Positions 1 to 8,141 of a stretch of 64,000 nucleotides of DNA are shown piece after piece. The DNA is from Candidatus Heimdallarchaeota archaeon (GTDB lineage: Archaea > Asgardarchaeota > Heimdallarchaeia > Heimdallarchaeales > Heimdallarchaeaceae), in the NCBI GenBank assembly GCA_019057815.1, contig JAHLWR010000009.1, positions 32,001-96,000 of the forward strand, written 5' to 3'. Position 1 is the first letter of the stretch. Every line of letters starts with the position of its first letter. Made by a program: the position numbers and the translations under genes. The notes under the pieces are model-generated. The model was not told the DNA's origin. It made no database searches and worked only from the letters and a program-made list of their open reading frames with translations.

Positions 1-2148
1 ATTCAAAGTAATGAAGGAAGTGTTTTGAGTGATGCTATAGGAAATTTTAGTCTTCAGTTTTTAGATGATCTTATGTCTTCTGACTATAATCATCTAATCT
101 TTGGAATCAATGGATATTATTATTTAATCGAAACTCTAGAACAAGCAGCTTGGGGGTATGTTTCTGCTTCAATGAATGCTACTATAATCGAGATGGAAAT
201 TAATTCTGCCTCAGAGGAACTTGTAGTGGATTTGATTGATTTCATTAAAATAAAAGTAGAAGAATTAAAACCTGATGGTTACGTAATTGCCCTCACGGGG
301 GAAGAAGTGCTGTTCTTAGAGATGCAAGAATCAGCGGAAAGAGATATTCTTGTTATGGATGCTATTGTTCTTCCTATAGCTCTAATAGTATTAGCTTTGG
401 TACTTCGAAGTTTTAGATTAATGATACTCCCTATCTTATCTGTAGGCCTTTCAATAGCTGTTTCATTTTTTGTTATGTACCCAATAGCTAAACTAATGCC
501 TGTCTTCAGTTTTGTACCTTCAGTTATGATGGCTCTTGTTATAGCTATGTCCATAGATTACAGTCTATTCCTACTCTCACGATACGGTGAAGAAATAAAG
601 AATGGTAAAACAAACAAAGAATCGATAGAACTAATGCTAGAACATGCTGGTCACACCATCTCTGTAAGCGGATTAATTCTTTCTGTCACTTTTATGGGAT
701 TAATCTTTTTCCCAGTTGGCTTACTATCATCTATTGGTATCGGAGCAGCTATCTGTATATTAGTTACACTAGTGATAAATTTAACACTTTCTCCAGCTTT
801 ACTCTTTACTTTCGGTAAATTCTTCTCGAAAATCTCTTTAAAGCGTAAGAAGCAAAAAGAAACACCAAAAGATGAAAAGACACGAAAAGAAATAGCTCTT
901 CAAAATCAACTAAAGAGTATTTGGTATAAAATAGGTAAGAAAGCAACAAAATATTCCATTCCTATTATCATCATTATTTTTGTTTTAGCCATACCTATGT
1001 CGATTCAGCTGATGAATTTTGATACTACTATAAGTAATAATCATGTTCTACCTAGAGACGGAGACTCAGCAGAAGCGTACGATATTATCAAATCTGAATT
1101 TAAACCGGGTATGGTTGGCCCTATGTATATAATAATAAGCACTAATGAAACAAATGGTGTTCTTACACAAGAGATATTTACGACTAGTGCTAATCTTATA
1201 CAGCAACTTGTCAATGATACAGAAATAACTTCCAATTCTTTTATTTCTATTTCATGGGCATCTTATGGCGATTCAGGCTTTTCAATTCCTTTCATACAAG
1301 CTATCACTTTGCTTTTTGACCCTTTATTGGATAACGATTCTAACGCTCAAGCTTATAGGATGATGTTCAATAGATATACAAATGAAGAAAACTCAACATT
1401 ACTTATTGATGTTCAACCAAATTTTGATCCTTTTAGTCGGTATACAGAAGAATGGATTAAAGATACAAGGAAAATACTCGAGGAATTTCAAGAATCATCA
1501 GATTATAAGTTCTACTTGGCAGGTGGCTCTACATCTGTTGTAGATACAGTGGACATTGTTTTTGACCTTTTCCCATTAATGATCGGTGTAATCGTTGCTA
1601 TAGTCTATATTATGCTAGCTTTGATGTTTAAGTCAATTTTTGTTCCATTGAGATTAATAATAACTGTTGGTTTAACGATTTCATGGATCTATGGAATGGC
1701 TGCGCTGATTTTTCACGTTGGTATATTGGACTGGATGTTTCCAAGAATATTAGGAGATATTAGCGCTGTCTATTGGGTTACGCCTGTGATGAGTTTTAGT
1801 ATATTACTTGGACTTGGTCTAGATTACGACATCTTCCTGCTCAGTCGAATTAGTGAGTACAGAAATAATGGGTATACGGAAAGGGCTTCTATTATCAAAG
1901 GACTTTACAAAACAGGTGGAGTGATTAGTATGGCAGGAATTATAATGGCTATAGCTTTTTCTGGCTTGATGTTAAGTAATGTTCTGGTAATGACTGAGTT
2001 CGGATTTATTCTCACATTTGCAGTTCTAGTAGACACTTTCATCATTCGCACAATACTCGTTCCTGCAATAATGTCTATAGCAGACAAATGGAACTGGTGG
2101 CCTGGAAAGAAACCTGAAGCTACAAAAGATGAGTATCATATGGACTAA
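1..2148 (+). CDS. MMPL/RND-family transporter (5'-truncated by window edge)
   Basis: Frame is open from base 1. Two MMPL halves with AMSIDYSLFLLSRY and GLGLDYDIFLLSRI motifs; many TM helices. Confidence 0.9.
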   Translation: MQSNEGSVLSDAIGNFSLQFLDDLMSSDYNHLIFGINGYYYLIETLEQAAWGYVSASMNATIIEMEINSASEELVVDLIDFIKIKVEELKPDGYVIALTGEEVLFLEMQESAERDILVMDAIVLPIALIVLALVLRSFRLMILPILSVGLSIAVSFFVMYPIAKLMPVFSFVPSVMMALVIAMSIDYSLFLLSRYGEEIKNGKTNKESIELMLEHAGHTISVSGLILSVTFMGLIFFPVGLLSSIGIGAAICILVTLVINLTLSPALLFTFGKFFSKISLKRKKQKETPKDEKTRKEIALQNQLKSIWYKIGKKATKYSIPIIIIIFVLAIPMSIQLMNFDTTISNNHVLPRDGDSAEAYDIIKSEFKPGMVGPMYIIISTNETNGVLTQEIFTTSANLIQQLVNDTEITSNSFISISWASYGDSGFSIPFIQAITLLFDPLLDNDSNAQAYRMMFNRYTNEENSTLLIDVQPNFDPFSRYTEEWIKDTRKILEEFQESSDYKFYLAGGSTSVVDTVDIVFDLFPLMIGVIVAIVYIMLALMFKSIFVPLRLIITVGLTISWIYGMAALIFHVGILDWMFPRILGDISAVYWVTPVMSFSILLGLGLDYDIFLLSRISEYRNNGYTERASIIKGLYKTGGVISMAGIIMAIAFSGLMLSNVLVMTEFGFILTFAVLVDTFIIRTILVPAIMSIADKWNWWPGKKPEATKDEYHMD

Positions 2149-2149
2149 A

Positions 2150-2183
2150 CTTTCTTTCTTTTTTCTTTTATCTTTTTTCTTCT
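2150..2183 (+). terminator. T-rich archaeal-type terminator tract
   Basis: Pyrimidine/T run directly after the MMPL stop codon. Confidence 0.45.
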
Positions 2184-2262
2184 CATGTGCCCTTATTCAA
2201 GAATAAACTTAAACTATCAAGTGAATCTTTCATGTTGTTTCACTTCTTTAAAACACTTTGTT

Positions 2263-3774
2263 CTATAGAGCTCTTTTTAGTTGTTTTGCGTCCCTTTTGG
2301 ATTTTGGTAGGAAAACTGTGACTCTTGTTCCTTTTTCATATTCTCCTTCAACTCTATCTTCAATTTTGATTGTTCCATTAAAATGCTCTTTTACAATATA
2401 ATTGGACATAAACAATCCCATACCAAAACCTTTATCTGATGAAACAGGTTTCTGAAGAATCTTTTTCTTCAAACTGTCAGATATACCTATTCCATTGTCT
2501 TCAAAAACCAACTCTATTCCTTGATTGTTAATATTTGCACTAATTTTAATAGATACATTTTTCCTAGAAGAGTATTTTATGCTATTTTCTATAATATTAT
2601 GAAAAACATTTTTGATGATTTTATATCCTAATATCTTGTAATCAAAAAAAGAACACTGAATATCTAATTGTTTTTCTTTTGCTGTAATCTTTTTCTTGAT
2701 ATTTTTTATTACATTCGAAATTTCTTGATGAAGATCTATTATCTCTCTTTCAGTTTTAAATATGTTTTTTGTTGTCTCCAATAGTTCTGTTATTAATTGT
2801 TGTGCTTGAAGAATTGGTTGAATTGACTTCTCTACAAATTCTAACGATTTTGAATCGATACCTAAATCTAGGTAACCTACTGCTTTAGATAGTAAATTCG
2901 CAGAATCATGACCGATTATAGAGGAAACAACCTGTATTGATTTGGTTCTTTCTTCGAGTGTGAATTCTATTTTATCGTACGGATAATCAATGAATGTTCT
3001 ATAGATTGAGAATAGAGCAGCAACATGAGCAATAACCACAAATATGTGTCCAACGAAATGCATTATTTCTAAATTGAACTTCAGATATAGATAAGTAGAG
3101 ATGTTATATACAATAGTCAACGAGATGTATATTCCAAAAATGTTCTTCGGATAAATAATGCGAAACTTCTTTGAGAAGAAGTTAAAGATGATAAACACAC
3201 AAGTATCTATAACAATAAAAGAAGCAATCATCCAATAATTAAAAGAGATTTCTATTACACCAGTTAGATGTAAACACATTATTACATCTTCTATAACGAA
3301 AAAAGCTATAATAAAACCTTTGAATTTAGTTTTTAACTTTTTAAAATACCAAATAAATGTTAAGAAAACCATTGTTATTACTGATTGAATGGATAACCAA
3401 ATATTGATATGAAATTTTAATCTTGTTAAATATTCACTTACCTCCATAATGTTTGTTGTGATGCTGATTATTGTTAAGACAACAAAACCCATTAGTGAAA
3501 AAAAAGTTCCAAACCAGACAAAGGTACTTCTAATATCTCTACTGAGAGAAATGACTGAAACAATGCTGAAAATCACTGCAGCTTGAAAAAAAAGCAAAGA
3601 TAGATGAAGACTTCTTATTGCAATTGTTGAAAAATCTATACTAAAAGGATAAAGGTAGATGATAAGGATAAAAGCTAGTAAACCACTTGTTAACCATAGA
3701 GTCCAATGTATTGACGCAAATATTTTTTTCGTCTTCTTGAACATACGAGCAAGAACTTTTTCCTCTATATTCAT
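2263..3774 (-). CDS. Membrane-bound sensor histidine kinase
   Basis: About 8 N-terminal TM helices; H-box GHDSANLL, N-box NIIENSIKY, G1 FEDNGIGI, G2 GFGMGLF. ATG at 3774 chosen over the ORF-track start at 3801. Confidence 0.85.
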   Translation of the reverse strand: MNIEEKVLARMFKKTKKIFASIHWTLWLTSGLLAFILIIYLYPFSIDFSTIAIRSLHLSLLFFQAAVIFSIVSVISLSRDIRSTFVWFGTFFSLMGFVVLTIISITTNIMEVSEYLTRLKFHINIWLSIQSVITMVFLTFIWYFKKLKTKFKGFIIAFFVIEDVIMCLHLTGVIEISFNYWMIASFIVIDTCVFIIFNFFSKKFRIIYPKNIFGIYISLTIVYNISTYLYLKFNLEIMHFVGHIFVVIAHVAALFSIYRTFIDYPYDKIEFTLEERTKSIQVVSSIIGHDSANLLSKAVGYLDLGIDSKSLEFVEKSIQPILQAQQLITELLETTKNIFKTEREIIDLHQEISNVIKNIKKKITAKEKQLDIQCSFFDYKILGYKIIKNVFHNIIENSIKYSSRKNVSIKISANINNQGIELVFEDNGIGISDSLKKKILQKPVSSDKGFGMGLFMSNYIVKEHFNGTIKIEDRVEGEYEKGTRVTVFLPKSKRDAKQLKRAL

Positions 3775-4063
3775 TTTCAGATATAAAGAAAAACAAATCA
3801 CAATAAAACAATTGTGGTAATCCTATCACGAAGACTGAATTTCATTTTAAATACAACATTTAACTACTTACTTTTCTAATTTACACTAATTTTAATGTTT
3901 TATACTTATAACGCAATATAGAGTATTTTCTACTAATTTTTCCATTGAGCTCTTCTTCTAATTAAATATTTTTGGTGGTTGCTCTAATTGAAATTTATAC
4001 GAAACATTATTATTCAACTATTATCATCAGTATATTATTATCTAGAATGACGGGGGAATTACC

Positions 4064-4732
4064 TTGTTTGGTGTTTATTTAAAAGGACTTGACAAAGTTG
4101 AGAATCTCATATTTGAAGAAAAACTAGCAGAAGCAATGAATGAGCTCAATGTTCTTGAAAAAGGAGTTCAATTATCAGAGATTGAAAGATTGGCATGTAT
4201 GATTCTCTCAAGCCAAATCATGATTAAAAGTAGAAATTTTGATAAAGGTCTGTTGCTAGCAAAAGTTGCTTTTCGAAAGAGTATTGAATTATCCGAATAT
4301 TCTTTAGTTGTAGATTCTACATTATCTTTTTTTGATAGTATTCATGGTCTGAATATGTTAGAAGATCTATCGACGAAAGAAAAGAAAGAATACAGCAGGA
4401 TGATTATAAGAAGTCAGGACATCGTAAAAACAATAGATACTATGACGGTAAAAGAAAAGAAACTTCGAATGACAAAATTAGGTGATTACAGAAAGATATT
4501 AGCTGTAACAGAGAAAAAAGTAACAGAAAAGAAAGTCACAAAAGCTACTACTATTCCTATAGGACATGTTAAAGGTGTAGGTCAAAAAGCTGACATTCTC
4601 AAACAAGCGGGTATTAAAACTTCTAAAGATTTAGCAAAAGCAAAGATTGAGCAACTTATGGAATTGAAGGGAATAGGAGAAGCAACCGCTAAGAAATTAA
4701 TCAACAATGCTAAAGAAGCTATTAGAGGCTAA
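4064..4732 (+). CDS. Helical N-terminal domain plus C-terminal helix-hairpin-helix DNA-binding protein
   Basis: HhH motifs VKGVGQKA and LKGIGEATAKKLI. Confidence 0.7.
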   Translation: MFGVYLKGLDKVENLIFEEKLAEAMNELNVLEKGVQLSEIERLACMILSSQIMIKSRNFDKGLLLAKVAFRKSIELSEYSLVVDSTLSFFDSIHGLNMLEDLSTKEKKEYSRMIIRSQDIVKTIDTMTVKEKKLRMTKLGDYRKILAVTEKKVTEKKVTKATTIPIGHVKGVGQKADILKQAGIKTSKDLAKAKIEQLMELKGIGEATAKKLINNAKEAIRG

Positions 4733-4826
4733 AATCGTTTTTCTATCAATAACAAGTTTATATACCAAATTGCTTACTGTAAACACTTAGTATAGAGATA
4801 AATCATTATTCCAAGGTGTAATTTGG

Positions 4827-5519
4827 ATGAAAATGAAATTAGATTCAGAAAATGAGTGGGGATATTACGTAGACACTGAAACATTTCAAATTTCTAATAT
4901 AGAAGAGGATATCCCTGATGGAAGTCTTGTTATTATCAAAGAAAAAGAATACATAGAAGATATTTCTAGAACAGTCATTCAAACAACTTATGGGATTGTT
5001 AACAAAGATGAGTTTAGACCCATGAATAAGAGGGACATCAGCTCTCTTATGTCTGAGGCTTGCGCTAGATATATACTCACTTCTGACACTTTTCCTCCTA
5101 AAGTAAAAATCGAGAAAGATCTTAAAGAAGATAAGCCTGCTCAACTTGCTTTTATTTTAAGCAATTATGACATGTTTCATCTAAAAATCTCCAGTAAAAT
5201 GTTGGAAGGAAAGAATCCTTATGAATTAATCAGTGAGATGGTTAAACACGATACTGCTAGAATGACTCTTAAAGATAAAGAAGAAATATGGTTAATAGAA
5301 TACGCTAAAAGCAGCAGGTCAAAATGTCGTTCTTGTAGTTCAAAGATTGAAAAGGATACTGTGAGGGTAGGAGAACCTTATTACTATGAGGACCATCTAA
5401 ATTATAGGTGGCATCATGAAAAGTGCGTCTTTTGGAAAACAATTGATAAGAACCAAGTAACAGGAATAGATGAGCTAGAAGAAGATGATAGAAAAAGGAT
5501 TTCAGGTTTCATGAAATGA
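4827..5519 (+). CDS. Protein with C-terminal PARP-type zinc finger
   Basis: EYAKSSRSKCRSCSSKIEKDTVRVG...RWHHEKC matches the zf-PARP CxxC...HxxC consensus. Confidence 0.8.
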   Translation: MKMKLDSENEWGYYVDTETFQISNIEEDIPDGSLVIIKEKEYIEDISRTVIQTTYGIVNKDEFRPMNKRDISSLMSEACARYILTSDTFPPKVKIEKDLKEDKPAQLAFILSNYDMFHLKISSKMLEGKNPYELISEMVKHDTARMTLKDKEEIWLIEYAKSSRSKCRSCSSKIEKDTVRVGEPYYYEDHLNYRWHHEKCVFWKTIDKNQVTGIDELEEDDRKRISGFMK

Positions 5520-5660
5520 TAGTTGTTAGTTTTTTTGTATCTTATTTTCTTTTGAAACCTTTTCTGATATCTTCTTTTTCCTTTTATCAAAAAGAATCAT
5601 TATACCTGCTATTCCACCAAGAACTAGTAGAAAAAAAATAAAAGATAATAACTACAACCA
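5478..5660. repeat. Junction repeat copy 1 (true PARP-ZnF 3' end plus diverged lctP 3' end; attL-like)
   Basis: Aligns without gaps to 9699-9881 (offset 4221) and to 6919-7044. Confidence 0.9.
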
Positions 5661-5859
5661 TTGAAGAGTATAGAACAAAAGAAAAGACATAGATATTAAT
5701 CTTTAAAAGAAATAGAATTCAAAATAGCAGATAGAATTTGGAAATAAGAGAACTACTATTATATTCACAAGGAATATTGCTCTAATATCTTAACTTCTCG
5801 ATAAAAATCTTCCTTGTTAGTTTCTCATTATATTTCTCGATCATTTCACTTAAAATATT

Positions 5860-6870
5860 CTATCCTTCCTTTGTCTTCTTTGAGATTATCCTTGTAAGTA
5901 TTAAGGGAACTACTAACATTAAGAGAGCAAATGTGAAGCTTAATTGATTTACATCTGTAGTAGATTCAATTGTGGTGTGTTCAGTTGTAGTATATTCAGC
6001 AGGTTCATCGAGAGGATATAAATCAACAGAGTTAGCTTCACCATCAATAGAATAAACACCTGTTCCCGACCAATCTGACCAGTAATTCCCCTCTTTTGTA
6101 GCAGTATCATGCCAATAGTTGTCAGTACCAGTATCACAAGCTTGGGATGTTCCTCCTAGAAAGTTGTCTACAAAGGTATTATGGTGAATAAGATTATTAT
6201 CAGAATCGGATGCTAATGCTACTCCACATTCTTCATTTTCTTGTAGATGATTGTAAGTAACGACACAAAAATCAGAATCGCCAAGCACGATACCCAAGTC
6301 GTTGTTGCTACATGTGTTGTTGGAAGCAGTCAAACTATCAGAAGAGGAAAGAAAGATGCCTGCCCAGTTATTGCTGCAAGTGTTGTTTACAACAGTCGAA
6401 CTATCAGAAGAGGAAAGAAGGATGCCACAGTCTTTGTCGTTGCACATGTTGTTGGAAACAATCGAACTCCCAGAAGTGTCAAGCTTTATACCATAGATGT
6501 TATTGTTGCATGTGTTATTGATGACAATTGCTGTTCCATCAGCTACATCATCGATATAAATGCCATATAAGACCGCGTCAACATAACAGTTACGAACAGT
6601 AAAATATCTAGTTGTACCAGTAATATAAATACCAACTCCACAAGTTGTCTTAATATAGTAACCTTCAATGATGTAAGGATTCTCGACAGATCCTGCACCA
6701 GGAAAAACCTCAAAAAAGCTATCAAAAGTAATAGAAATAGGATCATGCAGTGACAACTCTAGTGAAGTAGATCCATTATCATTCTCTTCTACAGAACTTT
6801 GTACATTGATATTCGATGCGTAGATTGGCAATGTCAGTATTAGTAGAATTACTATTGTTTTCTTTTTCAT
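5860..6870 (-). CDS. Secreted/membrane-anchored right-handed beta-helix (NosD/PbH1) protein
   Basis: Signal peptide, GAGSVENPYIIEG motif, 22-aa NNTCSNN repeats (66-bp DNA periodicity near 6300-6480), GNYWSDW, C-terminal TM plus basic tail. Confidence 0.85.
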   Translation of the reverse strand: MKKKTIVILLILTLPIYASNINVQSSVEENDNGSTSLELSLHDPISITFDSFFEVFPGAGSVENPYIIEGYYIKTTCGVGIYITGTTRYFTVRNCYVDAVLYGIYIDDVADGTAIVINNTCNNNIYGIKLDTSGSSIVSNNMCNDKDCGILLSSSDSSTVVNNTCSNNWAGIFLSSSDSLTASNNTCSNNDLGIVLGDSDFCVVTYNHLQENEECGVALASDSDNNLIHHNTFVDNFLGGTSQACDTGTDNYWHDTATKEGNYWSDWSGTGVYSIDGEANSVDLYPLDEPAEYTTTEHTTIESTTDVNQLSFTFALLMLVVPLILTRIISKKTKEG

Positions 6871-6918
6871 TAAATCACACTTAGTTAAACTCTTTATTTT
6901 ATATATGTCTTGTGCAAC

Positions 6919-7044
6919 GAAGAAGATGACAGAAATAGGATTTTAGGTTTCTTGAAAAGATAGTTGTCAGTTTTTTTAATCTTATTTTCTTTTGAAACCT
7001 TTTCTGATTTCTTCTTTTCCCTTTTATCAAAAAGAATCATTATA
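6919..7044. repeat. Junction repeat copy 2 (both arms non-functional variants; attP-like)
   Basis: Left arm nearly identical to copy 3, right arm shares diagnostic bases with copy 1. Confidence 0.9.
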
Positions 7045-7079
7045 ACATGTTTTTTGTACATTTTTTTGGTGTTTAAATA

Positions 7080-7250
7080 GGTCGGTGTAAATTATACATT
7101 GAAGGATTGTAGCTATGCACCAACACATGGTGATCCTCGGGGTTACATCCAACAAACACTAAAAAGCGAACCGCAAGCATTTTTGTAAGAAAATGTGGGC
7201 GGGGTAGGAGGGGATGTGGCGTCCCCATGATGTGCCATAGGCACTTCTAA
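7080..7250. other. GC-rich, hairpin-dense non-coding element of unknown type
   Basis: Stems 7104-7113/7142-7150, 7118-7122/7128-7132, 7177-7183/7190-7196, 7210-7216/7220-7226, 7232-7236/7240-7244. Confidence 0.5.
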
Positions 7251-7293
7251 AGAATTTGTACAGAATTCATGTCATATCTGCTATTCCTCGAAG

Positions 7294-7396
7294 TCTTGTT
7301 ACTGCTATGTCCATAGATTACAAATTATTCCTGATTTCACGATGTGGTTAAGAATTAAAGAAAGGTAAGACAAACAAGGAATCAGTAGAAATGCTA
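7294..7396 (+). pseudogene. Diverged internal fragment of the MMPL transporter gene
   Basis: 80/97 identical by manual count to 534-630, ungapped. Reads LVTAMSIDYKLFLISRCG*ELKKGKTNKESVE versus LVIAMSIDYSLFLLSRYGEEIKNGKTNKESIE. Confidence 0.85.
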
Positions 7397-7969
7397 CAAA
7401 TCGAAAGCATTAATTTCCTCAAGAAGCTTATATGTTGTAGCAACTGCTTCATGAACTTGTTCCACGCTTTTTCCACCAGTACAAACTAGATTCCCAGATT
7501 GAAATAGAAGGAGAACATTCTTGGGTTTTTCTAAACGAAAAATAAGTCCTGGGAACTGTTCAGGTTCATACATACAATGATCCAGCCAAAGTGCTATTAG
7601 TTCAAGATTTAATTGTTTTTTGTTAAAATTCCCTGAAGCAACTATATTTTGGATAATAATATCAGGTTCCTCTGTAATTATTACACCAACTTTTCTTAAT
7701 ATTTCAGATATTGTTTTCACACCAATTCTTACATTTTCAGTTGTTTTTGCCCCTGTCAATACTAGTTTTCCTGAACTAAAAACAAGACTTGAAACTTTGG
7801 GTTCCTTGATTTTTAATATCACTCCTGGAAATTTGTCAGGATAAAAGCTTATGTCGACTGCTTCATCATCTATTAGCTTCTGATACATTTCTTCTAATTT
7901 TATTGATGTGAACAAGTCTATTGATGCAACAATATTTTGAATCGTTATATTGAATTCAGGTTCTGTCAT
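7394..7969 (-). CDS. tbp: TATA-box binding protein
   Basis: Two TBP repeats: IQNIVAS, (Y)EPEQFPGL, LVFSSGKLVLTGAK / LLFQSGNLVCTGGK. Likely start ATG 7969 (ORF track gives 8002). Confidence 0.95.
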   Translation of the reverse strand: MTEPEFNITIQNIVASIDLFTSIKLEEMYQKLIDDEAVDISFYPDKFPGVILKIKEPKVSSLVFSSGKLVLTGAKTTENVRIGVKTISEILRKVGVIITEEPDIIIQNIVASGNFNKKQLNLELIALWLDHCMYEPEQFPGLIFRLEKPKNVLLLFQSGNLVCTGGKSVEQVHEAVATTYKLLEEINAFDL

Positions 7970-8141
7970 TTGAAACCCTTGTCTAATTAAAAGCATGTTC
8001 ACTATTCATTAGAGCATGTAAGTATTTTGATACGTATACAAAATTTTCATACACATAAGTATTGGTAACCATCGTCAGTAAATTGTTTCTGACAACGATG
8101 ACAGTTATAAAGGAAAAAGAGAAAGAGAAGATATTTCCGAA

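Noticed and set aside
6247-6570. Cys-rich and other short antisense ORFs (e.g. 6312-6521, 9056-9343)
   Set aside because: They are shadows of the Asn/Cys-rich repeats on the opposite strand. The other short antisense ORFs in the track were dismissed likewise.
7075-7100. Cobalamin riboswitch (GTCGGTGTAAAT resembles its P5 region)
   Set aside because: No complementary CCGAC, no preceding AGGGAA and no B12-box.
7294-7396. DGR template/variable repeat pair with 534-630
   Set aside because: Substitutions are not confined to adenines and no reverse transcriptase is in the window.
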